A stretch of 64,000 bases of DNA from Chiloscyllium plagiosum (GCF_004010195.1 NC_057724.1:12902417-12966416); one strand, 5' to 3'; shown: positions 13,300 to 27,195, counted from the first letter of the stretch. Translations and numbers: made by a program. Notes: generated from the letters alone by a model not told the origin.

Positions 13300-13990
13300 G
13301 TTTTGTCCCCCTTACCGGGTGACATCTTCAGTGCTGTGTAGCTCTGCTGGTGGTGGTGTTGTTGTGATCTGCCCAAAACTTTTATGGTTCTGTCTGTCAT
13401 GGCAGATGGTTCTATTTCTGGTTTTGAACCGTAGTGGACTGGAGATGGGGTCTATTTCAACATGGTTGTTGATGGCACCAGTGGATGAATACCAGACCTC
13501 CAGGAATTCTGTAGTTTGTTTGTCTGTCTCCGTATCATAATGTTGTCCCAGTTGAATTGATGTCCTTCATTGTCAATGTGTATTGACATGAGGGAGAACT
13601 AGTTTTGTTTTGTTGCAAGTTCATGCTCATGTATTCAGGTGGTGAGCTTCCTACCCATTTGTCCTATATAATGTTTCTCACAGTTGCTGCATGGTATTTT
13701 CATATTACATTCGTCCTGCATGGTGTGGCTGGGGGTCTTTTGTGTAATATAGTAGATGGCAAAGTGTGCCAGTGGGTTTGTGTGCTGTCATTATTCCCAG
13801 AGGATGTAGGAGTTTTGTAGTCAGTTCTGAGACATTTCCAATATAAGTTGGGTGGTCAGTGTGATGAGATGCACAGTGTCCTAAAAAAAGAGGAACGTTT
13901 ATACAAAGTATTGGCTAATAGTGGGTACCCTCGCAGCTTCATCTGTCAATGCCTAGCATACAAAACACCAAGAAGATGAGCATATTTGGT
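13300..13990. mobile_element. Degenerate Penelope-like fragment with internal inversion
   Basis: Minus-strand GIY-YIG-region remnant related to 22753-23000, plus a plus-strand piece (LYKVLANSGYPRSFI). Confidence 0.55.
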
Positions 13991-14825
13991 CATTTTTGTT
14001 GATCTGCCATTGTGTCAGTGGTACAAACTTGATTTTTTTTTTGGCCAGACAGTCCTGAACGCTTTAATTGAAGGGGCGTTTACTAAGTCAGTCAGCATCT
14101 GAGTTATTTAGAGAAATCTTACTCAAGCCCTTTGCAGCAGCAACTTGTGACAAACGTGTCAATTCACTTTGGAATTTCAGTGTGCACACCATGCTTGAAG
14201 TCTGTTAATCCTGAAGTTAATGCTTACCTTGAGCTGGCCATCCAGTACTCTCCAGATCTTTGGATTCTTTTGTCATTCATGGAAAGACTGGATGTATTAA
14301 TTCTGCAAAGCCTGTCTATTACCGTATGAGCAAATAATATTCAGAGATCTCTGGACCTGTTTATCGATTGTTCAGCAAAAATAAAAGGCTGTATGTGTTG
14401 CTTAAGAGGCTGCAATTCGGCCGAAATAATATTCGCTGACTCATCCAAAATTAAATGTTTGCCTTCCATCTGACATTAAAGGTTTTTGGATTTTATTATT
14501 GACGTAGCATGAAGAGCCATGTGTTTCATTCTTTGATTTTGTTTTGCTTTGCATTTAATTTTCACTGCAGTGCTTTATACTAAGTTTAATTCAGGCTATT
14601 TAAACAATACAGGCCTGTAGTAGCAAGTTTCAATCACCCAATGGTGTTCGCATCAAATCAGGTATGACTGCATCATGCAAACTTACTCTGTTCTGGCACT
14701 GGTCAGATGACTCAAAGTGACAGTGAGCTGATCTCCGCATGTAGATAGCTTGGGTATTAGTTTAAAAAAGCCAGCCCTTTGTATATCCAAACCCAAGATG
14801 ATGGTATTGTATTGTCTCACAACTA

Positions 14826-15637
14826 ATATGCAGTATACCTTGAAGAGACATGCTAATGACACTATGGTTGTATCATTGCATGACACCTGAATATCTAAAG
14901 GTTTCCATCACCATCATGACAGGGCTACTTGAAACATGACACACTTTTAATGTTTTAGAAGTTGTAAGTTTGATCAGGATGTTGCTGCACTTAAGCAAAG
15001 AGGAGCCATTGACTAATCTTTAATGCTATCAGAGGCTTTTGACTTTTAACTGGAGAAGCAAGCTATTTGTTTTTCAAAATAGAGACAAGGTTTCTGGTTT
15101 GATAATAGGTAAACCTGCTATCTCTTAGTTGTTGGATTTGTAAATTTGTACAAACTCAAATTGGTGTTGTTCCAAATAGTTTGAAGTGCATGGCTGTTGT
15201 CTAGCTGATCTTGAGTGAGGATTCCTTGTGTCTGGCCAGAGAACTTGTATTCTTTTAGAAACAACTACTGCTCCTTATCACTGTCCTGCTAGTATGATCT
15301 GCTATCATGTTGTTGACCTATTTGCTTTCAGGATATAGTGTATATTGCCACCTCGCTGTTATCTTGAGTAACGTCGGAACCAAATATGTGTAACACATTT
15401 GAAGATTTGACAGATATTTATTATAGTTCCTGTGGTATGCATATATTATAGTCACAAGTCCTTCAGTCTCTGAGCTAGTATCAAGCTATTTGATTACAAA
15501 CATCACACTTCCATCAGCCTGTCATGTTTCAAGTAGTGCTCGTATGATGGTGATGGAAACCTTCAGATATTCAGGTCTCCATGCAATGATACAATGATAG
15601 TATCATTAGCATGCCTCTTAAAGGTATACTGCATATT
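14826..15637. mobile_element. MITE-like element with ~115-bp imperfect terminal inverted repeats
   Basis: 14826-14941 is the approximate reverse complement of 15520-15637; the ORF track shows IVSLACL(F/L)KVYCI on both strands. Confidence 0.6.
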
Positions 15638-15961
15638 TGAGAGTCATAGAGGTGTACAGCATGGAAACAGACCCTTCGGTCCAACCCATCCATGCCGATT
15701 ATATATCCCAACCCAATCTAATCCCACCTGCCAGCACCCGGCCCATTTCCCTCCAAACCCTTCCTATTCATATACCCATCCAAATGCCTCTTAAATGTTG
15801 CAGTTGTACCAGCTTCCACCACTTCCTCTGGCAGCTCATTCCATACACATACCACCCTCTGCGTGAAGAAGTTGTCTCTTAAGCCTCTTTTATATCTTTC
15901 CCCTCTCACCCTAAACCTATGTCCCCTAGTTCTGGACTTCTCCCACACCAGGGAAAAGACT
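15638..15961 (-). mobile_element. CR1 3' fragment
   Basis: SRTRGHRFRVRGER...WNELPEEVVEA...FKRHLDGYM plus CR1 tail. Confidence 0.9.
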
Positions 15962-16814
15962 TAGGTGGTTTAAAATGAAAAGATTCTTGCCTTTATCAAA
16001 ATGCAGCTCATCCCATGGTAAATTACATTGGTATAATGAAAACTGGTGTGCAGACTGAGGAAATCTAGCTAGTGGTTCTATTGACTTCAAGATTCAAACT
16101 TCTTTTCCAAATTCAAGCTTTTATGACATCAGGTTGGGCATGGCTTGATGTAGTCTTTAGCATTAACCATTTCAGAATCATTTGCTGATACCACAACGCA
16201 ATGTGGATCTTTGATCCTCTTTCTCACATACCCCAATGAGGTTGGGGCTGAATTGTTGCTTCTATTTGTCTTAGGAGTAGTCGCAAGGCCCATCTCGCTC
16301 CTTTTGTTAGTTTGGAAATTACTGCTTGTAAAGTTCAACTGGAAGTGTCATACTGTCACACAACCACTACAGTGTTTTGTTGAGACATACTGCAGTAAGA
16401 AATACTATAACATGTATTGTTTCCCAGTCACCCTGAATAACATCAATGTTTGTTTTTACTGCACTTTCATCAAATGCGTGTTGACTATATCCTTTCTGAA
16501 TTTGTGCTACTCTCATTTATTTTTCTTAAATCCAGCATTTAAAAGCAAATTACTTTTTCCAAATCATTTTAGTGGAAAAATGTTCAATAAATCCAGAAAT
16601 TAATGGCATAAGATATTGAACATTAGCTACATTCAAAGAATGAGTAATTATGATAAGTATAATTAGTTATTTCAACTTGCAGTGGCATGTGAATTGTTGT
16701 TGACCGGAATTGCCCAAAGAAATGAATCTCAAGCATGAGGAGAATCAAAGTGACATCCTGCCTGACTCATATACTGACTAATCATTCACAGATAATGTAT
16801 ACTAAGGACAGGTT

Positions 16815-17900
16815 TCCAATATTCCAATTATCCCCTCGTGACTGATTACTAAACTTAGTGATCTCAGACTAAGCCCCACTCTCTGCAACTGGATCCTCAG
16901 TTTCCTGACCCACAGGTCACAATTGGTGAAGATTGGGGACAATATTTCATCCTCACTAACACTCCAACACTGGAGTGCCCCAGGGGTGCGTACTGAGCCC
17001 CCTACTGTACTCATTGTATACCCATGACTGGCGCCAAATACCAGACTAATGCCATTTACAGGTTTGCTGATAATGCCACCTTAGTCGGTCAAATCTCAGA
17101 TGGCAATGAAACAGATTTCAGACAGGAGGTGGAAGACTTGGAAAAATGATGTGCTCAGAACACCATAGCTGTCAATGCTGGCAAAACCAAGGAACTCATT
17201 ATTGATTTTCAGCGGGATGGAGCTTCCTCTCCCCCCAACCCTGCCAAACACGCATGCGCGCACTAACAGCATAGAGGTGGAACGAGTGGAGAGTCTCAAG
17301 CTCCTGGGAGTGGTCATCCACAACAAGCTTTCTTCGACTCTTCAGGTGGACGCACTGGTCACAAAGTCATCTTCCTCAGGCATCTGGGGAAATTTGGCAT
17401 GATGGCGAATACCTTTGCCAACTTTTACAGATGTGCCATCGAGAGCATTGTGTCTAGATGTATCACTACCTGGTATGGCCACTGTACCATTCAAGATTGG
17501 CGATGGTTACAGAGAGTGGTGAACTCTGCCTAGACAATCACAAAGGCCAGCCTCCCATCTATAGAATCTGTCTACTAGGCCCGCTGTTATGGAAAGACTG
17601 CCAGCATTCTCAAAGATCTTGGCCATGTTTTTCAGCATCCTGTACTATCGGGGCGAAGGTACAGAAGCCTGAACACTGTGTTTCAAAACAATTTCTACCC
17701 CACTGTTGTTAGAATACTGAATGCACTCTCAAACTTTTAACATTTGCCTGTACCTGTGTTTTTGTTTTTGCCACTGTTTACCTATTATTCATTTATCTAT
17801 GCTACTTAATTATGTGATCTGCCTGTATTGCCCGGAAGACAAAGCTTTTCACTGTGCCTCAGTGCATGTGACAATAAACAATAAATTCAAATCAATTCAT
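16815..17900 (+). mobile_element. Rex1/Babar-clade LINE 3' portion
   Basis: Reverse-complement homologue of the 9388-10430 region; ...VERVESLKLLGVVIHNKLS... Confidence 0.85.
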
Positions 17901-18879
17901 TAAAACTATTTGAGAGCCAGATTTGACTGTACCAATGAAGCCGTCATTGTAGCGTGGGCTTTGTCAATGGTTTCCCCCCTGTCTTTCCATCCCCGCCTCC
18001 CCCCTTCATCTTAGAGAAGTTGAAAAAGGAGGAGAGGTGGGAAAGAATCATGTCAAATTTGTAAGAATGAAGTTGTGGATCTGGTCCTTGCTGTTAACAA
18101 ACTTGCAAAAAAAATGATAAGTTTCTTATAATCTTGTTAATGTTTTTTTAGTATTTTCTGTTACCTATTATTCAAATTCCCAAAAAGTTATCTCTAACCA
18201 TGAAATAAATCATTCACAATTGGATTGCGGTTGGAGATGTCAGGCATTGCCCTTGTATTTTGAAAAATGGGTTTGGGAATTTAATCTACTTTTGATCATG
18301 TAAATATTAACTTCAAACAAGGAACTCAATAGCTCACAAGATCTGGAAAGATCAGCAATTACTCAAAGTTGGTGTCATCATTCACATAATGGAAAGACCT
18401 GAGCTATTGTGAGCTTTCAGAACTGCACTCGTATAATGTCATGCTTTGACATATGCTAAAAATATAATTGCTGCTTTTAAATTTCCTCAAACCCCATTTC
18501 ACTCCTTCCAATCAGATTTCTGTCCCATCATTGCAGCAAAAAGGATCTTAATCAAAGGTCTCAATGATGCTAAGTCTGGTCCGTGATGAATTACTTCCTC
18601 TCTACAGTCTTTATTATGGACCTTCACACCACTTCCCTCTTGTACCAGTCATCCATTTCCCAGCTCATTTGAGCTATCCTAGTGTGGCTTCATTGCTCCC
18701 TTTCCAAATATAACCAGATCAACTTTGCTAATGTCCTCTGCACCTATCTCTCATTACGCTCAATCATAAGCTGACTTTCTGAACCCATATTCTCCACATC
18801 ATAAAAATACTTATCCTTAATCACTCAGGCTGAGGCAGAAATGGTAATCGATCTGGTTGAAATTATCACGCATGATTTC

Positions 18880-19190
18880 ATTGAATCATAGAACCTCCAC
18901 AATATGGAAGCAGGCCATTCGGCCCATAGCACACCGACCCTCGGAGTATCCCATCCTCTGACCCTATCCCTGTAACATTGCATTTCCCATGGCTTATCCA
19001 TCTATACTGCACACCCTTAAACACTGTGGGGCAATCTAGCATAGCCAATCCATCTTATCTGCACATTTGGACTGTGGGAGCACCCAGGGGAAACTCGTGC
19101 AGACACAGAAAACTGCAAACTCCACACAGACCGTTGTCTGAGGGTGGAATCAAACGTGGGTCCTTGGTGCTATGGTTCTATAATCACTAG
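18880..19190 (-). mobile_element. Degenerate HE1-like V-SINE
   Basis: Reverse-complement similarity to 42679-42998 (tctgtgtggagtttgca... core and CR1-like tail). Confidence 0.75.
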
Positions 19191-20099
19191 TGTCAACTCT
19201 AAACACAATCATTCCAATGGCTTTTCACATTTTATTTACTCCAGTGCATTTATCATCCTGACGTAATTGCAAGCTTGCCCCTAACTTGTCATAAAATACA
19301 AACAAAATAGAGTGGATCTTAATGTGAAATGGGGTTCTATTGCACTTAACAGGAAAAATGTGTCTGTTTTTATTTTAAACAAAGGACTAAGGGTGGTCTG
19401 GTTAAATGGAAGGATTTGATTGGATAGGTGCAGAGATGTTTCCACGTGTGGGTGTGACCAAAATTCACAAATGTATTATAAATGTAAATATGTATTGGTA
19501 CAAAATAAACCAGAAAAGGTAGCTGGGCCATGGCTAACAAGGGAAATTAGAGAGAGTATTATATCCAAGGAAGGGGTATATAAGTTAGCCAAAGAAATAC
19601 AGCAACCAAGTATGGAGTTGTGCTTCTCTCATCCTAGTACCTACATATATGTAGGAAGTGGAGTGATTCAGAACAGATAGAGAACACTACATGTGCCAGA
19701 TACTCGCTACTTGGGTTGCAGAAAATGACAAGATTCAAAAAAGCCCATCTTACTGTGTCCTATAAAGACACACACACCCCTGCTTGAAGAACACACAGGG
19801 CAGGTGGCATTTGGGAATCCGTGCTGTTGCTGGGGCATGGTCTCGAAGGATAGAATCTTCTCACTCCATTCACTTTCTCTGCAATCTCAGTTAGGATCAT
19901 AATCCATAGTTTGGGAATTGCTACCATAAACAGTAGATGAACATGCATAGATCCATTTTCGAAAACAAAACCCCAACTTAACCCCACGTAAGAGAAAGGA
20001 ATAGGTATTAGCGAGTTTTGATAATTTTCATAGGATCAGATGAAGGATCGGAGGAGGTTTGAGCAGAGTATAAAATTGCAGGCCTAATTATCTTTTTTT

Positions 20100-20230
20100 T
20101 AAAATTTGATTTATTATTGTCGCGTGTACCTAGGTTATAGTCAGAAGTTTTGTTTTGTGTGCAGTGCAGGTAGATCATTCCATGCAAAGTGTGTAAGGGT
20201 AATAGCACAGAGCAAGGAATACAATATTGT
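20100..20230 (-). mobile_element. Rex-like LINE 3' tail fragment
   Basis: atttattattgtcgcgtgtacctagg...; similar to 32575-32670. Confidence 0.5.
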
Positions 20231-21502
20231 TGCTAAGTACAAGTACTTTGTGACTCAAAATTGATGTCAAATCCTGAGCTGCTGTTTTCTATCGAGACAC
20301 AAGATGGCAGCATCATACCTGAGAAACTGTGTATTACCCCGTAGAATGAATCTGTCACAATAGGAACCATTCTCCTTCCCTCTTTGTGTGGAACACCATA
20401 TACCTGACCTTCAATTTGCAACAGTGATCAGCATGAGATTAATGTGTATGAAATTAAACTATCACTTTGTTCCTTTTGAGAGTTTGGTACTTTGAAATGC
20501 TATGTTTGCTGAGCCCAATGAGTTCCAGCTACTGACATGAATCTTTCTTAAAACTGTCATGTCATCTGCTCTTTCTCTTAAAAATATGAAAGATGAAATG
20601 AGAAAGTTCCATGTTATTTTAATCTTCAAATAGACCGGCTGTGGAAAACCATGCGACAAAATGGAACTAATTAAAACTTGCATTTATATTTAAAAGGTAT
20701 CAAAGCACATCAGAAGGTGGTGCACTGAGGTATGTATGTAATTATGTTTGGGCCATTACCTTTTCTGAGTATGTAATTACTTTATCATCTGTTTGAATGG
20801 AAACATGTTTTTCATTTCATTAAACAGCCAAGTCTGTCTGATATTACACTGTGTCACGTAGGATATAATTATAGCAGGATATGCACAATAATAAGTGGAA
20901 CTTTCCTTATAAAGACTTGCAAGTGCTTCAAATAACTTTTGGAATTATTTGCAACTGCAAGCATAAGGAAAAGACTTTGCATTTAATTTCTCTATGATAA
21001 GAATTATATTTTAACTGTAGGGTATCTTGGATGTGTTATCTTCAGAATTGTAATGTTAGCGGCTGCTTCTCAACCCTTGCAGGATTGACCAACTTTGGAC
21101 AGGGAAATATGTCACTTGATGAGCATTGAGTTATGATATCAAGAGCATCTTTGGACAAGCTGATGAAGTCGGAGGATCAGGATCAAAATTGCCTTCAAAA
21201 TGTTCACTAGCTTCATGAATTTCATTTGTTTGTGGCTTAGGTTAGCTGAATGGCTTGGGGGTGTGCATGGTTACAGCCATTGGCTGCAATATAATCAGAC
21301 TGAAGGATGACAGTAGGGAGCAGATGTACTCACTGCTCTCTTCCCAAATGCTCTGCAGGATAGGCTCAGAGGCACAATCGCAGATCTTCTGAATTCCATC
21401 AAATTATCCCTATTTGGGGCAACTTAATTATTATCATAGAAACGTGGGACAGATTAGTTAGAAGCTGAATGTTTCCAGAAATTTGATTGAGTTTGGAATA
21501 AT

Positions 21503-21620
21503 TTTGATGAAGGCTCGTTGGACTTGAAATGCTAACTCTGTTTTTCTCTCCACAGATGCTGCCAGAACTGCTGGGTTTCTCCAGCGATTTCCATTTTTGT
21601 TTTAGATTTCCAGCATCTGC
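21503..21620 (+). mobile_element. Degenerate PLE terminal repeat, family C
   Basis: ...aactctgtttttctctccacagatgctgccag...tttccagcatctgc; decayed hammerhead remnant at the start. Confidence 0.6.
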
Positions 21621-21699
21621 TTTATTTGACTTCTAATTCAGTTTCTTCCTGGACCATATAATCGGATTTCTGTTGCATGTTTTGCTCAGGTTAAGGGTT

Positions 21700-22100
21700 T
21701 CTGTTTGGCAGGACTTGCGCTTGCTCCAGTGTCTGACTTGAAATGTGAAAGTTGCCCATTGACATAAATCTCTGTATGTCAAAGTGTCTGATTGGGATCA
21801 CTGATCTCCCCAGGGAGATTGCTTTCACGTGAAGATTGTTCCATTTCATGTATAGCTTTGTGTACAGTTTTATGCTTTTTCAGAATCAGTGTTCTGTTTA
21901 CACGTCTTCTGACAATGACCTATTTTCTTGCAGTGTAAACATTCCTTTAAGGAGTAGATATTGATCACACCGATGAAAGTTTTGTTTTACTGCAACAGCA
22001 TGAACAGGCACTTCAGACATCATCCAGTTGCCTTCCCAGCTGTAACCTCTCCCCCTTTAGATTTCCTCTGTCTTACTCTTAAAGATATGAATGAATTCTA
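21700..22100 (-). mobile_element. Ancient LINE RT relic (RTE-like?), possibly extending to ~23800
   Basis: Minus-strand remnants GKATG(x)D and NGQLSHFKSDTG.. in the expected order (cf. GKAPGxD and F....GVRQG). Confidence 0.35.
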
Positions 22101-22579
22101 TAGAATTCCTCTACCGAGGTTTCTGGTCCCCTCTGACTATTCATCTGTTCTCTGTCTGGACCTCCTTTTGTTAACTGGCTTTCTCCATGGTGGTGATGTC
22201 GTCTTTTGACTGTTGCAAATCTGACAAAGCCTCATTAGCAACCGAGATGGTCCAAGCAGTCTACAAATCTTCATATTCTCAACTCTCAACTAATCTTTAG
22301 AGGTCATTGAATAAAATCATCTCATGTTTAAGGAGGATTCTGTGAATCATGTTCTTTGCTGAACGTTACTCTTTCTGAGATTGAAGTAATTATCAAAAGC
22401 TTTTAGAGTTTTATGAAGTTTGTTTACAACTACTTTAACTCCTGGTCAAGCAATTATATCATTCTCTGCATTTACAAATTGTATAAAGAAATATATTGCT
22501 GTGTTCTGCTTCAGTCTTGTCTAATTGTAAGCAATCTGTATATTAAAAATTGTCTCCTCCATGTTGTCCTAGGTCTGTG

Positions 22580-23190
22580 AGCGAGTTTTGAGAAGATTTG
22601 TAGCTCAGGTTGAGGTTCTGGATGAAAGTTTGCTCGCTGAACTGAAAGGTTCATTTTCAGATGCTTCATCATCATACTAGGTAACATCAGTGAGCCTCTG
22701 GTGAAGCACTTGTGTTAGTGACCCACATTCTACTTGTGTTTAGGTTTCCTTGTACACTACGTTGGACAAACAGGCAGAAAGCTAGCCACCAGGATGCATG
22801 AACACCAACTGGCCACAAAAAGACATGACCCTCTCTCACCAGTATCCTTACATACAGACAAGGAAGGACACCACATCCATCCTAGGACAAGCCAAACAGT
22901 GACACACGTGAGAATTCCTAGAAGCATGGCATTCCAACCAGAACTCTATCAACGAACACATTGACTTGGATCCCATCTCCCACCCTCTGAGGAAAAGAAC
23001 AGGAAATGACATCACAGGAAATAACATCGCCACAGGAAACTGCATCACCAACCCAAGGAAACCTAAACACAAAAGTTGAAAGCGGGTCACTAACACCAGT
23101 GCTTCACAGGAGGCTCAATGATGATGTTACTCAGTATGGTAATGAAACGTCTGAAAATGAACCTTCCAGCTCAGCGAGCAAATTTCCATC
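22580..23190. mobile_element. Penelope-like element: inverted pLTR, GIY-YIG endonuclease remnant, pLTR
   Basis: YVGQTGRKLATRMHEHQLATKRHD (GIY-YIG YIG-box region). 22620-22752 is inverted relative to 23055-23190. Decayed hammerhead at 23118-23151 (ATGATGA...GAAACGTC). Confidence 0.85.
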
Positions 23191-24511
23191 CTGGCCCCAA
23201 GTCTATGTTTAATTTGATGCAAAGGTTGCTGGTGTGTTTGTACGTTAAAGAATAAATAGATTCTTTAGATCTCCTGTGCCAATTTTAATCTTGTCCTCTT
23301 AGGATTAAATTGCTTTTCTTCTGAACCTCTGCATCATTCACCATCTGAATAGCTTTCTCTAGAAATAGAACTATAATAAATCTGACAAGACTTATCAATA
23401 TTGCCCACAACAATCCAGTCTCTTGAGTTCTGTCTTAAGTAGTTATAGTTATATCTCTTCATTGTAAGTATCATCAATGAAAGCAAGTCTGGTTTAATGT
23501 AGATGCTGCAGTCTTTTGTTAAATCTTGCTCTTTCCGGAATGTAAGTTTTTATGATGTTTAAGTAATCAGTGAAGCATTTTAATACATTCTTGAATTTAT
23601 TTGATATTTCATTGTTCTTTGGGGAGCAATAACATCACCTGTTATTGTCTCAATTCTGTACAAAAGGATATTTACTTGTTCAGCTTTTGCCTTGCTATCC
23701 AGTTTAGAAGTTATTTTGTACCCTAGAAGTTGTATTCTCAACGTCCGGTTTTATGTCTCATATAAAACGTTCCTGACTATTACTTTTATGTACTATCTCT
23801 ATTGTAACTTCCTTTATATGATCAGTTACTTTATCATTTTTAAAATATTTATTTAGCAGCAATGGTGTTTCTCATGCTGGAGATTTTCTCATGCTTCATG
23901 GCTGTAATGAAAATTTTCCCGATGTTTCAGAGCTAACTTTGACTCCTGCTTTGTTCCCTTTATTTCCCAAAATAACTTGGTAATAGACCAGAATTCTTTA
24001 CTACTTTCAATTAAGTAATGCTGATCTGCTTTGAGAGTCTAGGACTCCGGGCTCTCCTTTCCCAGAATATGAATGGCTTTACTTTCATGGACGACTTAGT
24101 TTTGACTCAGCAGCTCTGTTTCATGGTATCCATATGCTTTCATGCGTGTGTAATCAGAGTTGCAGCATTTTTAAAATTGCAGCTCTTTGAGCTGGAATTG
24201 TTGCGCTGTTTCACGTTTTCCCTGTTGTACAAGGAATTTTGGGTTCTGATCCCACAATCCTCAACATCTGATCAGCTTACTAGTTCATCTTGGACCTGTG
24301 ACCACTGCCTTGTGAGGCAAGCTCACCTCTACCTCAGCGCTACAGAACACTTCAATGTGTCATCTGTCAGGTCTGAAATGCTTTCTGCATCATGCTCTGA
24401 ATTATTCTTCTGTCCTGAATGCAGCCAGAAGGTATTTTGAGGATAGCTGCCAACGGCAGTTTCTTATTACGAGCTCTTTTTTTGATTTGAAGGTCCAAAG
24501 CCTGATCTCTT

Positions 24512-25090
24512 CAAAAACAGAAATTGCTGAAAAAAGCTCAGCAGGTCTGGCAGCATCTGTGAAAAGAAATCAAAGTTCATGTTTCGGGTCTGGCAACCCT
24601 TCCTCAGAACTGATATAGTAGCTAGGAAGATGTCAGTTTTATGCAAAATGATAGGTGGGGATAGAGACCAAAGGGAGAACAGTTAGACAGACAAAGGAGT
24701 TGATAACGAGCTGGCTAGGAGGTGAATAGATGTTAATGGAGACCGTTAGTGACTAACAGTAGGTAGTGTGCAATTGCAGACTGGCCTTTAATAAGGCCTG
24801 GTGTGTGCGGGTAGGGCCTTGGACATGCAGTTCAAGACCTAAAAGTTATTGAGTCCAGAAGGCTGCAGGGTCTCCAAGCAGAAAATGAGGTGTTGTTCTT
24901 CCAGCTTATGCTGAGCTTTACTAGAGCACAGCAGCCAGCCTGCAACAGAGATGTTGGCCAGGGAACTAGGATGGTGTGTTCAAGTGGCAGGCAACTCTAA
25001 GCTCAAGGTCTTTTTCGCAGGCAGATGTAGATGTTCTGTGAAATGGTTACCCAGTCTATGCTTTTTTTCTCCAATGCATAGGAGACCATA
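24512..25090 (-). mobile_element. Penelope-like 3' fragment, family C
   Basis: pLTR at 24512-24612 with hammerhead-like CTGAGGA-a-gggtt-gcca-gaccc-GAAAC-ATG (mutated triplet), followed by endonuclease C-terminal remnant (EEQHLIFCL). Confidence 0.7.
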
Positions 25091-25799
25091 TTTGTTTCTG
25101 ATTTATACCATCTGCAGTTCTTTTAGTTTTTAACCTGATATCTCTTTGGAGGCAGCATTTAGAAATTGTGTTGGACGCCATTGCTTATTAGGTTGTGGCA
25201 AGGGTCCCTCTGTTGTTACTGTGTTTAGAGGGCATCTTTTATACCCAAAGCAATATGGCATGAATGAGGGAATTCACTATTCTGATCTCGCTAGAAGAAT
25301 CTTGTTGAGTAAACAATAAAGTTTATGGCGTTACTGCAACTTTTAGCAGATATCATGAATATGACCTACATGGCTAAAGTGACTGTTAGGAGCACTGGAG
25401 CCTTAACTCTGTTTCCTAATAGCTCCTACTTTATATCATGAGGACTTGGTGGGAGAGCAATTACAATGGTGGGAGCCTATTGCTCAGAATCAATTATAAA
25501 TCCTTTTGATGCCATATAAAACACCCAAAATTGCAAAAGAACTTAGTGACGTTTAGCAAAGAAAGTGCCAATATTCTGGTGATTTGGTCTGAGCTAAGAA
25601 GTTGCAGAGCGCTTTTCCAAAGGGCAAAGTGGAGGGCAGCAGCAAGTGGGTCAATCTAAGTAGGTTCATGTCGGTAGATGACAGAAGTCACAGAATGGTT
25701 ACACACGATCTACATTCGATGGTTTAAGATTTCATGACTGCAACTATTTGTATATTATATGAACATGACCCCACTGAGACTGTTCGGAGTGCACAAACA

Positions 25800-26050
25800 T
25801 CGCGTCTATCTGCTACATGTTCCTTCTCCGCATACCTCGACATGGTCCTGTCCGCCTTAGTCCAAGAACTCCCCACCTACGTTCGGGACACCACCCATGC
25901 CCTCCACCTCCTCCATGATTTTCGCTTCCCCGGTCCCCAACGCCTTATCTTCACCATGGACATCCAGTCCCTGTACACCTCCATCCCCCATCACGAAGGA
26001 CTCAAAGCCCTCCGCTTCTTCCTTTCCCGCCGTACCAACCAGTACCCTTC
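25800..26050 (+). mobile_element. Young Penelope-like reverse transcriptase fragment running into a gap
   Basis: Open, C-rich frame: SAYLDMVLSALVQELPTYVRDTTHALHLLHDFRFPGPQRLIFTMDIQSLYTSIPH (PLE RT DxxSLYTxIP motif). Confidence 0.85.
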
Positions 26051-26332
26051 NNNNNNNNNNNNNNNNNNNNNNNNNNNNNNNNNNNNNNNNNNNNNNNNNN
26101 NNNNNNNNNNNNNNNNNNNNNNNNNNNNNNNNNNNNNNNNNNNNNNNNNNNNNNNNNNNNNNNNNNNNNNNNNNNNNNNNNNNNNNNNNNNNNNNNNNNN
26201 NNNNNNNNNNNNNNNNNNNNNNNNNNNNNNNNNNNNNNNNNNNNNNNNNNNNNNNNNNNNNNNNNNNNNNNNNNNNNNNNNNNNNNNNNNNNNNNNNNNN
26301 NNNNNNNNNNNNNNNNNNNNNNNNNNNNNNNN
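26051..26332. other. Assembly gap (282 N)
   Basis: N run. Confidence 1.
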
Positions 26333-26404
26333 GAATATAAAATTAGGATAATGTGATTAGTTGAAATTTCTTTTTGAATGTGCAAGTATCAAATACAATG
26401 GTGC

Positions 26405-27025
26405 ATAGGATTAAGGTGAGACGGAAATGTTTAAATGAGATGCCTGAGGCAAGAATTTTTTTTATGTAAAGAATAGAAAGTGCCTTGGGAGATTGTAGAA
26501 GCAGAAATGTTAGCCAAGTTTTCAAGTGACATTTAGACAGACATCTGAACATATAGCGAGTAGAGCAATATGAGCCATTTGCAGGCAGATGGTATTCGAC
26601 TGGAATAACATCATGGTCAAAAAGGCCATGGTGAGCACTAATGTATTTTCTAACTTTCAGGCAACTACCCTGTCAAAACCCTTTGGAATCTTGAATGTTT
26701 CATGAAATATTTCACACATTCTTCTCAACTCCAATGAGTTCAAACTCAATCCAATCATGATCTTCTCGTTAGCAAAGCCCTCGATTGTGAAGATCAGTCT
26801 AGTGAACCTTCTCTCGCCTGCCTTCAATGCAATTATTCTGTTCAGAATGTTCTGGGTGTGGTCTAACTCGTACCTTGTATAGTTTCAGCAACACCTCCCT
26901 GTTTTTATTCTCCATTCCCTTTGAAATAAATGCCAGCATTTGATTTGCCTTCTCCACTACCCATGGAACATGTAAGCAACCTTTTTCAGATTGATACACA
27001 AGGGAATCCCAAAACCCTTTGAGCA
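26405..27025. mobile_element. Old CR1 fragments in both orientations
   Basis: Plus-strand 3' tail remnant 26405-26630; minus-strand KANQMLAFISKGMENKNREVLLKLYK. Confidence 0.65.
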
Positions 27026-27195
27026 AATACTCTGAAACCAAATGGTGTTAGCCTGACAGTAAGTTTGAAATGTGCTGAAATGTATTAGAAAGGATATGAC
27101 AATCAAGAATAACAGGACTCTTAGAAACAATGGGAGATATGTTTTATAAAAGATATTTCTTTCTATGAGCCAGTTTGATTTTATTTGTTGGAGAT

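Noticed and set aside
20400-21000. Possible conserved enhancer with TAAT-rich motifs
   Set aside because: Such motifs are expected by chance in AT-rich DNA and cannot be supported without alignments.
24018-24440. 140-aa ORF (also 16211-16603 and 13148-13540)
   Set aside because: Leu/Phe/Cys-rich composition typical of random AT-rich or TE-antisense frames; no motifs or splice support.
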